A stretch of 64,000 nucleotides of DNA from a bacterium (GTDB lineage: Bacteria > Zhuqueibacterota > Zhuqueibacteria > Residuimicrobiales > Krinioviventaceae). Positions 31,051-40,780 of the stretch are shown in pieces; the first letter of the stretch is position 1; every line of letters starts with the position of its first letter. A program made the translations under genes and the position numbers. The stretch lies in assembly GCA_963675755.2 (NCBI GenBank), contig CAXXMD010000002.1:2176001-2240000 (forward strand), in the 5' to 3' direction. The notes below the pieces were generated by a model that saw only the letters and a list, made by a program, of their open reading frames with translations, was not told where the DNA came from and ran no database searches.

Positions 31051-31170
31051 GCCTTTTTCCATAAGTTATCGTTTGGTTCTGACAGCTTGCCCTTTAAATA
31101 TTAAGTATAATAATTTTAACAAGTTGTAAGTTCTTATGGCAACTAATAAATTTGAATTTAATAATTGAAT

Positions 31171-32091
31171 CTATCGTAACAAAATTTTTCTCGCATCAAA
31201 ATTATCAAGAGTATCTTTTTCAATGAATTCAACTTTAAGCCTTTTCAAATTGGGAATATCAGCTATATATTCCATCAATCTAATTCTTATTATATTTACA
31301 TTAATTCCGATCTTTTCTTTATTGTAAACTATTAACAAAACTGGAACAACGGATTTCCTTAATGAATTTGCTTTATAGTACGAAACATAGGTATTAAGTT
31401 TATCAATCGCTCTTTTCAGAGTAGCAAAAGGTAATTGATTATCAAAAAATTTAATCTCAATTATTCTATCTGCAAATTTTTTAGTTTTTGCTTTTAAAAA
31501 CAAATCAATATAGAAACGATTTCCAAGTATTTGTTCAGTATAAACCTCAAAATTAGGACTCTTCAAATCTTTGAAAATTTTATATATCCTTTGTTCAACT
31601 TCCACATATTTATTATAAATATCTTTTTTCTTACCATGAACATTATTTTTTAGTTCAATTCTCTTATCAAACTCAATTTCATCAACTTCATTTTTAGCTT
31701 TCTCTTCTTTCTCTTCAGGAGTCATTGATTTTAATTCAATCTTTAACTTATCAAGTTCTATTTCAAATCTTTCATCAATTATTGCCTGTTTTTTAAACCA
31801 TCGAATTAATCCAAACATACAAGAAGCAATACCTATTAGAAGCATCAAAATAGAAGAAAAAAGTAGATATTTTTGTATCAACATTACTAAATTCTGTTTT
31901 GATACAATCAGCTTCTGAACAGGTTCTTCAAACTTTAATAGTTGTTCTTTTTCTAAATATAAACCAAAATCCTCTTGTAAATATAAATAAGGTATTATAA
32001 CAGCCAATCCAATTAGAATTATACCTATTGAAACTAAAAATTTATTAATATCGCCATAATCAATATGTTGCATCATTGTATTTATTCTCAC
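31171..32091 (-). CDS. 2-TM + coiled-coil + PD-(D/E)XK-like nuclease-domain protein
   Basis: Two hydrophobic helices, EEKEEKAKNE coil, YIDLFL...RIIEIK motif; very AT-rich. Confidence 0.6.
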   Translation of the reverse strand: MRINTMMQHIDYGDINKFLVSIGIILIGLAVIIPYLYLQEDFGLYLEKEQLLKFEEPVQKLIVSKQNLVMLIQKYLLFSSILMLLIGIASCMFGLIRWFKKQAIIDERFEIELDKLKIELKSMTPEEKEEKAKNEVDEIEFDKRIELKNNVHGKKKDIYNKYVEVEQRIYKIFKDLKSPNFEVYTEQILGNRFYIDLFLKAKTKKFADRIIEIKFFDNQLPFATLKRAIDKLNTYVSYYKANSLRKSVVPVLLIVYNKEKIGINVNIIRIRLMEYIADIPNLKRLKVEFIEKDTLDNFDARKILLR

Positions 32092-32173
32092 AATTAATAA
32101 AAAAATGGGATTAATTATAAAAAATCAATCATAATATTTTCGCAAGCACATTAATATCAAGATACATAAAATA

Positions 32174-33034
32174 TTATAAATTTTTAAACCAACTTTTATT
32201 TATATTGACTTTCTCAACCAATTCAACACTTACACCCAAGTTTAGTTCTTTTAACCTCTCAGCAAAATCATTTCCATCAATTAAATCAATAGGAGTGGCC
32301 CCATCCCTTTGAGCTTCTTTTTTTGCTTCACGTGTAAAACTTCCAGTGGTCATTATGAGTCCTTTATCAGCACGACCAATCATTGCTCCTCGGAAATCTC
32401 TTATTACTGATGATGATACTGATCCTTGATATCTTTTTGCTTGAAAAACAACATGATAGGATAAAACACCCCCTATTTTTATTATACCTTTTCCGTCTAT
32501 CCCACCATCGTTAGTTTTTCCTGTAACTTCGACATTAACAAATCCCAATTCACGTAATAATCTTTGAGATAGTCGTTCAAATTGATCTGGTTTTATATTC
32601 TTAATAGTTTCCAGTAATTCATCTTGCCAAGGAAATTCTTCTATCTCTTCTAAATTATTATAGAGTATCTTATCCTCAGTTTTATTTTGCTTTTTTAAAC
32701 GTTCTTGCTTGTCAAGTTTTACAACAGCTTTTTTAACAATTTCTTGATTAACAGACTCTGTTTTTTGTCCCGCATCTGTTAATGCCCAAACTCCTCTTGA
32801 AGAATTTTCTAATAATCCATATCGTTTCAAGTAATTTCTTGCCCAAGCAAGTCTATAAGTCAGTTTTGTTGTACTTTCCCTGTGTATTTCATTAACAGCA
32901 TCTTCATTCAAGTTCAAAATTTTAACAACTTCTTCTTCGATTTCACTAATTGCTCCTGATCCACCTAAATTTCTTAATGCGATTAAAGTTGGATTGAAAA
33001 GGTCATCATATTTGTAATTAAAATACTTGTCCAT
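32174..33034 (-). CDS. mrr: Mrr type IV restriction endonuclease
   Basis: Mrr_N (ALRNLGGSG...YRLAWARNYLK...RGVWALT); Mrr_cat (FERL, DGGIDG, QAKRY, IDLIDG). Confidence 0.9.
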   Translation of the reverse strand: MDKYFNYKYDDLFNPTLIALRNLGGSGAISEIEEEVVKILNLNEDAVNEIHRESTTKLTYRLAWARNYLKRYGLLENSSRGVWALTDAGQKTESVNQEIVKKAVVKLDKQERLKKQNKTEDKILYNNLEEIEEFPWQDELLETIKNIKPDQFERLSQRLLRELGFVNVEVTGKTNDGGIDGKGIIKIGGVLSYHVVFQAKRYQGSVSSSVIRDFRGAMIGRADKGLIMTTGSFTREAKKEAQRDGATPIDLIDGNDFAERLKELNLGVSVELVEKVNINKSWFKNL

Positions 33035-33191
33035 AAAATGCTTTCCTGAACATTAAACTATATAATAATACAACTAAATAATAATCAATAATAAATATCA
33101 ACAATAATTTCCCCTGAATTCCCACATACTTTATAATTCAATAAACACATAAACTCCAAATATTGCAAGAAAAATAATATTGCCCAAGTTT

Positions 33192-33223
33192 TTTATCTGT
33201 GTTTATCTGTGTTTATCTGCGGT
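33192..33223 (-). repeat. GxxExxY-associated repeat, inverted tail copy
   Basis: (tttatctgtg)2 tttatctgcggt. Confidence 0.8.
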
Positions 33224-33344
33224 CAATTAATTTAAACGAAACCTACCTGAGGCAAATACCTATTTTACCAGGTAAACAGATTCAGAAAAAGAAGGTTAAT
33301 GATTACTGCTTTGCGGTTGATATCAGCAAATCCCCGTTAATATA

Positions 33345-34883
33345 TTATTTTCTCGCGTCGCTCTCTTTTTCAGCTTTTAATCCCTGTTCAGTAAAATCTT
33401 CCTGTTCAGGCGTACCATAAGCGCGCAGAATGCGTCGAATCATCTCGGTTGTTGACATTCCCTCAACCCCTGGCAACAGCGCAATAGCGCCGTTATAGCT
33501 TTCAACCAGTTTACGTTCTTCCTGGTTAATGGTATCCAGCGTATAATCTCCACCCTTGGCATAAACATCCGGTTTTAACGTTTCTATCATTCCTACGGGA
33601 GAATAATCATCAAACACAACCACATAGTCCACAAATCCCAAAGAAGACAAAACCTTGGCGCGCTCGTTTTCTTCCATCACAGGACGCAAAACACCTTTGA
33701 TCTTTTGCACCGATGCATCACTGTTTAATCCCACAACCAGAATATCTCCCAATGCTTTGGCCTTTTCCAGATAAATCACATGGCCGGCATGCAGAATATC
33801 GTAACAGCCATTGGTCCAGACAACCTTTTTGCCCTCAACCTTGGCCTTGTTAACAATTTTTTTCAATTGTTCAAGATTTACATGTTTTTTAGTCGTATCG
33901 TTCAGAGCCATACGCTTTGCTGCTGTTAGAACGTCTGAGCTTTTAAAAACATGATAACCATTATGAGTCAATGCTATAGATGCCAAAAGACTGGCAAATT
34001 CCGCTGTCTCTTGCGGATCAATTCCCGCCATCACGCCTGCTGTAACACCACACAAAACCGCTTCGTCCGAGCCGTGGTTATCCTGTATCAATTGTGATTT
34101 ACCGGGCACATGCAGAACATCCGGTTCACCGGTCACCACACTAATACCTTCACTCCCCAGTGTCATATAGACCTGTTTACAATTCAAATGACTGTGCAGC
34201 CGCTTGGCAAGCTGATCGGATTTGTTTTCTTTGCCATTCAAAAGCGACAAAACCGATTTCACATGCGGTACAACAGCATCAAACTTTTTCAAATCCTCAA
34301 GTTGTTCCAGTGAATTTCCAATAAATGGAATTTTCTTACCTTTTGCCAGTTTTTGGACCGCAGTGGTTATTCCACGGGTCATAATACTTTTATCATGATC
34401 CAAAAATACTACGCCATCACATTCATCAATATGTGCTTCTATATGATCATAAAACATTTCATACTTTTCTTCTGAAAGAGAAACCGGATCGGTAGAGTCA
34501 ATTTTCAAAATATCCCGGTCACTGTACCTGCAGCCTTCCACACGGATTTGTGTGCGGCAGGTGGTGCGGTATTCATCATCCAACACAGTACATTGGGTTC
34601 CAACACCTTGTTTTTTCAAAATTCTCATCAAGTCATTGCCAGCGGTATCATTCCCCATAACAGTAAACAAGGTGACTTTGAATCCCAGGCGTACAAGCAA
34701 TAATGCCAAATATCCCGCAGCACCTGGCACCTGGCTGCGGTGATGTTTCTGCACAACAGGTATAGGACCATCGTCAGACAATCGTTCTACTTCACCATAC
34801 AGGATCTCACTTAAAAAAACATCACCTATCAGGTAAATGTGTTTGCCTTTGACCTTGTTTAGAATGTTTTGTACCTGCTGCAT
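33345..34883 (-). CDS. hldE: HldE/RfaE-like protein: degenerate PfkB kinase domain + heptose-1-P adenylyltransferase
   Basis: C-term TNGCYDILHAGH, GLNSDASV, KGGDY, STT intact; N-term ribokinase motifs altered. Confidence 0.75.
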   Translation of the reverse strand: MQQVQNILNKVKGKHIYLIGDVFLSEILYGEVERLSDDGPIPVVQKHHRSQVPGAAGYLALLLVRLGFKVTLFTVMGNDTAGNDLMRILKKQGVGTQCTVLDDEYRTTCRTQIRVEGCRYSDRDILKIDSTDPVSLSEEKYEMFYDHIEAHIDECDGVVFLDHDKSIMTRGITTAVQKLAKGKKIPFIGNSLEQLEDLKKFDAVVPHVKSVLSLLNGKENKSDQLAKRLHSHLNCKQVYMTLGSEGISVVTGEPDVLHVPGKSQLIQDNHGSDEAVLCGVTAGVMAGIDPQETAEFASLLASIALTHNGYHVFKSSDVLTAAKRMALNDTTKKHVNLEQLKKIVNKAKVEGKKVVWTNGCYDILHAGHVIYLEKAKALGDILVVGLNSDASVQKIKGVLRPVMEENERAKVLSSLGFVDYVVVFDDYSPVGMIETLKPDVYAKGGDYTLDTINQEERKLVESYNGAIALLPGVEGMSTTEMIRRILRAYGTPEQEDFTEQGLKAEKESDARK

Positions 34884-35044
34884 GAAACCTCCAAATTATA
34901 CAAAAAAGCTTGTAAATTCTCACAACAGTAAAGTTAAAAAGAATTTACAATAACTGCAAATTCTTTATCCCCTTTTCAATACACAGGTTGATTGCAACAC
35001 CTTAAATTAGTATATTATCAGAAATTAACAGGACTTTTCCCAGT

Positions 35045-36424
35045 ATGCAATCAACTGTAATCCAAAAGATTACCGAATTTTTCAACTTACATGCTCCATT
35101 AAAGAGCGGCACAAAGCTCATTGCTGCCCTCTCGGGTGGTATGGACTCTGTGGTTATGCTGCACTGTCTGTTAATGCTTCAAAAAGATATTCCTTTCACG
35201 CTTTTAGCGGCCCACCTGAACCATCAATTGCGCGGTGACGAATCGGATGGAGATGAATCTTTTGTGCAGTCTTTATGCAAAGCCTGGCAGGTTAAACTCT
35301 ATACCTCCCGGCAGGATGTAAATGTCTATTGTAAATCTCACAACTGTTCCATCGAAACCGGTGCCCGCGAATGCCGCTATACGTTTTTCGAAAATATACG
35401 CTCTGAACTGCAAGCTGACTATATTGCCACTGCCCATCATGCTAATGATAATGCCGAAACCGTGCTAGACCGTCTGCTGCGCGGTAGTGGAACAACCGGC
35501 CTCGCAGGGATCCCCCTTCAACGGGATTTTTACATTCGGCCCCTGTTGCAAATCAGCCGCAAAGAGATAGAATCTTATGCCGCTGAACATCATCTAACCT
35601 ACAGGACCGATTCAACCAATGCAGATACCCGTTACAAGCGAAACAGGATACGCCATGTGCTGCTGCCCATGCTTCAGCAAGAGTTTAATCCACAAATCGC
35701 AGAGTCAATTAACCGTTTCAGCAGCATAATGCGCGAGACTGACGAACTGGTCAAAAAAGAATCACAAATTGCATTTTCTCAATGTGTTAGAGAGGCAAGT
35801 AAAGACAAAATTATCCTTGATATTTCAGACTTTTTGGCGTACCTTGTTATTTTGCAAAAAGGAGTGATTCGGGTAGCACTCGACAAACTGGATGAGCCAA
35901 ATGGCATTCCGGATTTTGATCAGTTTGAAAACCTGATCGCCTTTATTCGCAAAAACAAGAGTGGAACAAAATTCAGAATATCCTCAAAAACCCGGATTTT
36001 GATCAGCGGCAACGAACTTGTTATCGGATGTGAACCTGAGCAACATGAATCCGTTGCAATTCAAGCTGTCCCGGGAAAATATCCATTCTGGAATGGACAG
36101 ATTCTTGAAATAAAAGAAGCGTTAAAACCGTTAGAATTTCAGAACAAATCTAATACCGAAGAATGGATAGATGCAGACAAATTATTGGAACCCTTGGTTA
36201 TACGCACCGTAAAAGACGGTGACCGGTTTACACCAGTTAATTTTCGGGGTAGTAAAAAAGTATCAGACTTTTTTATGGACTTGAAAATTCCGGTATACCA
36301 GAGAGACCAGGTCCCGCTCCTTGAAAGTCGGAGTAAAATTGTTTGGATAGCAGGATATCGACTGGATGATCGTTTCAAAGTAACGAATAATACCAAAAGA
36401 ATCTTAAAACTGGAAGTAAAGTGA
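35045..36424 (+). CDS. tilS: tRNA(Ile)-lysidine synthetase
   Basis: SGGMDS, HLNHQLR, TAHHANDNAET, IRPLL, RNRIRH. Confidence 0.95.
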   Translation: MQSTVIQKITEFFNLHAPLKSGTKLIAALSGGMDSVVMLHCLLMLQKDIPFTLLAAHLNHQLRGDESDGDESFVQSLCKAWQVKLYTSRQDVNVYCKSHNCSIETGARECRYTFFENIRSELQADYIATAHHANDNAETVLDRLLRGSGTTGLAGIPLQRDFYIRPLLQISRKEIESYAAEHHLTYRTDSTNADTRYKRNRIRHVLLPMLQQEFNPQIAESINRFSSIMRETDELVKKESQIAFSQCVREASKDKIILDISDFLAYLVILQKGVIRVALDKLDEPNGIPDFDQFENLIAFIRKNKSGTKFRISSKTRILISGNELVIGCEPEQHESVAIQAVPGKYPFWNGQILEIKEALKPLEFQNKSNTEEWIDADKLLEPLVIRTVKDGDRFTPVNFRGSKKVSDFFMDLKIPVYQRDQVPLLESRSKIVWIAGYRLDDRFKVTNNTKRILKLEVK

Positions 36425-36972
36425 ACAAATCATCAGAATTCTACAAAGCCAGGTACGAAAACAAATTCAGAGAACTGCTAAGTAAAGACGCTATCCAATC
36501 CCGTATTGAAGAATTGGGTAAACAGATCACACAGGATTACGCAGACAAGGACCCGATTCTCATCGGTGTATTGAACGGATGTTTTATCTTTTTTTCAGAC
36601 CTTGTACGTCAGGTTGAACTGGACCTTGAAATTGATTTTATCAAACTGTCCAGCTATGGCGATGCAAAAATTTCTTCGGGCAAGGTCACTGTTTTAAAAG
36701 ACATTAATGCAGATTTAAAAGATCGTCATGTATTAATTGTTGAAGATATTGTAGACACCGGGTTATCAATAAGGTACCTGAGAAACAAACTTCTTCAGTT
36801 TAATCCTGCTTCATTAAAATTTGTTTCTCTGTTGTACAAAGAAAATAATGCTGACCTGGACTTTGATATCGATTATGTGGGATTTAATATACCCAATGAA
36901 TTTGTTGTAGGATATGGACTGGATTATAAACAGATTTTACGTAATTTACCCGCAGTGTATGTAATGGAATAA
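36421..36972 (+). CDS. hpt: Hypoxanthine phosphoribosyltransferase
   Basis: VLIVEDIVDTGLS, FVVGYGLDY, RNLP. Confidence 0.95.
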   Translation: MNKSSEFYKARYENKFRELLSKDAIQSRIEELGKQITQDYADKDPILIGVLNGCFIFFSDLVRQVELDLEIDFIKLSSYGDAKISSGKVTVLKDINADLKDRHVLIVEDIVDTGLSIRYLRNKLLQFNPASLKFVSLLYKENNADLDFDIDYVGFNIPNEFVVGYGLDYKQILRNLPAVYVME

Positions 36973-36987
36973 AATAAGAATCGACTT

Positions 36988-39042
36988 ATGGAAAACGAAA
37001 AAAACAACATATTTAAAAAATCTAATAAACCGCCCAAAGGTCCGGATAACAATCCAAACAAACCCGGTGGTCCTCAGGGACAAAAACCGGAAGGGCCGCA
37101 GTGGAAAAAAGCATCCCGAAATCTGCTGTTTTGGATCGGTTTGTTTATTGTTGCAATTATTATCTCTCAACAGATAACTACACAACGCCAGCAGGAGCAA
37201 ATTATAAAGTTCAATCGCTTTATGGAACTGCTGCATGATGGCAAAGTGGAAAGTATTCTGGTTGAAGATACAATTCTCTATGGAAAATTAAAGGGATCAG
37301 ATCCGGATAACCCTGAAAGTACAGCTACAAATTTCAGAGTGAATCTACCGCCAGCCAGACTTGATTTTGATACCATTGAAAAATGGCGCAGCGAGTATGA
37401 TCTCAAAGAAATGGATTTTAAACAACATACCCCGGGTGTTTGGGGTTATTTGTTTACGGCTTTACCATGGCTTCTGCTTATAGGATTCTGGATTTTCCTG
37501 ATCCGTCGTATGCAGGGTGGAGGTGGTTCCAAAGGTATATTTAGCTTTGGTAAATCACGTGCCCGTATGTTTACTGAAAACTTTCCCAAAGTTACATTTA
37601 ACGATGTAGCCGGTGCGGATGAAGCCAAAGTGGAACTGCAAGAGATCATTGAATTTTTAAAAGAACCTGAAAGATTTCAAAAACTTGGCGGCAAGATCCC
37701 CAAAGGCGCTTTATTACTAGGCCCCCCGGGAACCGGTAAAACCCTGTTGGCAAAAGCAGTTGCCGGTGAAGCCGGTGTGCCCTTTTTCAGCATGTCTGGT
37801 GCCGACTTTGTGGAAATGTTTGTCGGTGTGGGTGCATCCCGTGTTCGTGATCTTTTTGAAAATGGCAAGAAAAATGCCCCCTGTATTATCTTTATAGACG
37901 AGTTGGATGCTGTGGGTCGTCATCGTGGCGCCGGTCTGGGTGGTGGTCATGATGAACGCGAACAAACCCTGAACCAGCTTTTGGTTGAAATGGACGGATT
38001 TGAATCTACTGAAGGTGTCATTCTGGTTGCGGCTACAAACCGCCCCGATGTACTTGATTCCGCGCTGCTGCGCCCCGGTCGTTTTGACAGACAAATTGTA
38101 GTAGACCGCCCCGATGTTCGCGGTCGCGAAGGTATCCTCAAAGTGCATTCCCGTAAAATCCCCATTGCTAAAAATGTGGATATGAACATTCTGGCTAAAG
38201 GTACTCCCGGTTTTTCAGGTGCAGATCTGGCCAACATGGTAAACGAAGCCGCATTGCTTGCCGCTCGTAAAAACAAGACCAAAGTTGAAATGCAGGACTT
38301 TGAAGAAGCCAAAGACAAAGTAATGATGGGTACCGAACGAAAAAGTATGCTCATCAGTGAAAAAGAAAAAGAAAGCACAGCCTATCACGAAGCCGGTCAC
38401 GTACTGGTTGCGCGCCTTACACCTGGCTCTGATCCGGTCCACAAGGTTACCATTATACCTCGAGGACGTGCATTGGGTGCTACCATGACGCTTCCCCTGG
38501 ATGAAAAACACAATTACTCACGTACCTATTGTTTGGCATTATTACGTCATCTGTTTGGTGGACGTGAAGCGGAAAAACTCATCTTTAACGAATTGACAAC
38601 CGGTGCAGGTGATGATCTGAAACGCGCTACCGAATTGGCACGTAAAATGGTTTGTGAATGGGGTATGAGCGATAAATTGGGTCCCATCACCTATGGTGAA
38701 AAACAGGAAGAAATCTTTTTGGGTCGTGAAATTGCACAACATCGTGATTACAGTGAACAAACTGCGCAAACGATCGATTCAGAGATCAAAAAACTGGTAG
38801 ATGATGCAGTAGCAGATGTTCAAAAATTACTCAGCGACAATAAAGACAAACTGGAAGATATTACCCAGGCTCTGCTGATACGTGAATGTCTGGATGGTGA
38901 AGAAATTGAAAAAATTATGAATGGCGAAGAATTACCGCCTTTCGATAATGGCAAGAAAAAGAAAGCCACCAAAAAGAAAACACCCAAAGAGAAAAAAGAG
39001 CCTGAAATAGAACCTGAAACAGATCAGGATACAGAAGAATAA
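36988..39042 (+). CDS. ftsH: ATP-dependent zinc metalloprotease FtsH
   Basis: 2 [28 protein letters not shown]. Confidence 0.97.
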   Translation: MENEKNNIFKKSNKPPKGPDNNPNKPGGPQGQKPEGPQWKKASRNLLFWIGLFIVAIIISQQITTQRQQEQIIKFNRFMELLHDGKVESILVEDTILYGKLKGSDPDNPESTATNFRVNLPPARLDFDTIEKWRSEYDLKEMDFKQHTPGVWGYLFTALPWLLLIGFWIFLIRRMQGGGGSKGIFSFGKSRARMFTENFPKVTFNDVAGADEAKVELQEIIEFLKEPERFQKLGGKIPKGALLLGPPGTGKTLLAKAVAGEAGVPFFSMSGADFVEMFVGVGASRVRDLFENGKKNAPCIIFIDELDAVGRHRGAGLGGGHDEREQTLNQLLVEMDGFESTEGVILVAATNRPDVLDSALLRPGRFDRQIVVDRPDVRGREGILKVHSRKIPIAKNVDMNILAKGTPGFSGADLANMVNEAALLAARKNKTKVEMQDFEEAKDKVMMGTERKSMLISEKEKESTAYHEAGHVLVARLTPGSDPVHKVTIIPRGRALGATMTLPLDEKHNYSRTYCLALLRHLFGGREAEKLIFNELTTGAGDDLKRATELARKMVCEWGMSDKLGPITYGEKQEEIFLGREIAQHRDYSEQTAQTIDSEIKKLVDDAVADVQKLLSDNKDKLEDITQALLIRECLDGEEIEKIMNGEELPPFDNGKKKKATKKKTPKEKKEPEIEPETDQDTEE

Positions 39043-39060
39043 GAAAATATCATACATGTA

Positions 39061-39097
39061 AAAAAAGCCGGTAAAAAATTTTTTATCGGCTTTTTTT
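39061..39097 (+). terminator. Intrinsic terminator after ftsH
   Basis: aaaaaagccggtaaaaaattttttatcggcttttttt. Confidence 0.65.
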
Positions 39098-39137
39098 ATA
39101 TTGTTGAATTTTTAAGCAATTACAATTATATTCTTTT

Positions 39138-39980
39138 ATGAGTAAAAGCAATAAGGTTTGGGCAATCCGGAACAACAAGCTGGATCTTGCACAAAACACA
39201 CTGATAATGGGCATCATCAACACCACCCCGGATTCTTTTTCCGATGGTGGCAAATTCAACTCGGTTGATTCAGCAGTCGAACATGCCTACCGGTTACAGC
39301 AGCAAGGTGCAGATATTCTTGACATAGGCGGCGAATCCACTCGTCCCGGTGCTGATCCCGTTTCCGAACAACAGGAACTGGATAGGGTAATACCTGTAAT
39401 TGAAGGATTAAAAGATATTTCAATCCCCATTTCTGTTGACACCTGGAAATCGGGTATCGCTAAACACGCACTTAATGCAGGAGCTCATATAGTAAACGAT
39501 ATCAGTGGTCTGCATTTTGATCCTGAAATGGCCAATATCGTTGCTCAATACAAAGCCGGACTTGTAGCAATGCATACCAAAGGTACCCCGCGAAATATGC
39601 AAAGCAATCCGGTTTACAATGACTTGATTGCAGAAATAAAAACCTATTTACAAAACGCATTGCAAATTGCTCTCAATGCGGGTATATCAAAGCAGCAAAT
39701 TGTTATCGATCCCGGTATTGGGTTTGGTAAAACACTGGAAGATAATTTCAAGATTATTCGCGAACTGGTATCCTTTAAAGAGCTTGATTTACCCATACTT
39801 TTGGGTCCATCGCGAAAATCATTTATAGGAAATACATTAAACCTTCCTCTGGATCAACGATTGGAAGGGACAATAGCGGCTGTAACCGCGGGAATTTTGA
39901 ATGGTGCAGATATTGTTCGTGTTCATGATGTACTTGAATGCAAACGTGCTGTAATAATTGCTGATAAAATTAAAAGTTAA
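39138..39980 (+). CDS. folP: Dihydropteroate synthase
   Basis: TPDSFSDGG, GGESTRPG, DPGIGFGK, SRKSF, RVHDV. Confidence 0.96.
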   Translation: MSKSNKVWAIRNNKLDLAQNTLIMGIINTTPDSFSDGGKFNSVDSAVEHAYRLQQQGADILDIGGESTRPGADPVSEQQELDRVIPVIEGLKDISIPISVDTWKSGIAKHALNAGAHIVNDISGLHFDPEMANIVAQYKAGLVAMHTKGTPRNMQSNPVYNDLIAEIKTYLQNALQIALNAGISKQQIVIDPGIGFGKTLEDNFKIIRELVSFKELDLPILLGPSRKSFIGNTLNLPLDQRLEGTIAAVTAGILNGADIVRVHDVLECKRAVIIADKIKS

Positions 39981-39986
39981 AATTGT

Positions 39987-40775
39987 ATGTTTGTCCTCTT
40001 TAAAATAGGATTCTTACCTGTAACCATTATGGACATATTGGACATTATGGTCATGTCCTTTATTATCCACAAAGTCTATAACTTTTTGCGTGGTACCCGT
40101 GGCGTGCAGATGCTGGTGGGGCTGGTTATTTTAATTATCTTTTCCGGACTGGCACCCATGTTCCAGATGAAAGGGCTTACCTGGATTTTCGAAAACCTGC
40201 GCACCATTTGGCTTATTGCGTTTGTAATCCTCTTTCAGCCTGAATTGAGACGTATTCTCATCTATATTGGACAAAACCGTGTTGTCCGTACCCTTGTCAA
40301 AGTCTCAGACAGTAAAGTAGTGGACGAGGTTGTAAAAGCAACCGTATCACTGCACGATCGTGGTTATGGGGCACTCATTGTATTGGGACGTGAAACCGGT
40401 TTACGTACCATTAATGAAACCGGTGTCATGATACAAGCCGAAGTTTCTGAACAACTGATTTTATCAATATTTAATCCCAGATCTCCCCTGCACGATGGAG
40501 CAATTATCATCCAAAACGACATAATCGATGCCGCCAAGTGCATTCTGCCCATTTCTGAAGAGAACCAGGCAAAAACCGAGTATGGTACGCGCCATAAAGC
40601 CGCACTGACCATGTCGGAAGAATCAGACGCAATGGTCATTGTCGTTTCTGAAGAAACCGGTAAAATCTCTGTTGCAATAGATGGAAAATTCCAAACAGAT
40701 CTCAATGCAGAAATGCTTGAACACATCATCATTGAGGGTTACAGGTACGGTAACACCAATATTGAAAAGTCCTGA
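39987..40775 (+). CDS. cdaA: Diadenylate cyclase CdaA/DacA
   Basis: 3 TM, FQPELR, PLHDGA, GTRHKAA, VSEETG. Confidence 0.9.
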   Translation: MFVLFKIGFLPVTIMDILDIMVMSFIIHKVYNFLRGTRGVQMLVGLVILIIFSGLAPMFQMKGLTWIFENLRTIWLIAFVILFQPELRRILIYIGQNRVVRTLVKVSDSKVVDEVVKATVSLHDRGYGALIVLGRETGLRTINETGVMIQAEVSEQLILSIFNPRSPLHDGAIIIQNDIIDAAKCILPISEENQAKTEYGTRHKAALTMSEESDAMVIVVSEETGKISVAIDGKFQTDLNAEMLEHIIIEGYRYGNTNIEKS

Positions 40776-40780
40776 TCCTT

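Noticed and set aside
23871-33223. Integron cassette array (attC sites)
   Set aside because: Genes are co-oriented with downstream repeats, but consistent RYYYAAC/GTTRRRY boxes and an integron integrase are absent
35045-39980. tilS-hpt-ftsH-folP cluster as a novelty
   Set aside because: Widely conserved housekeeping arrangement
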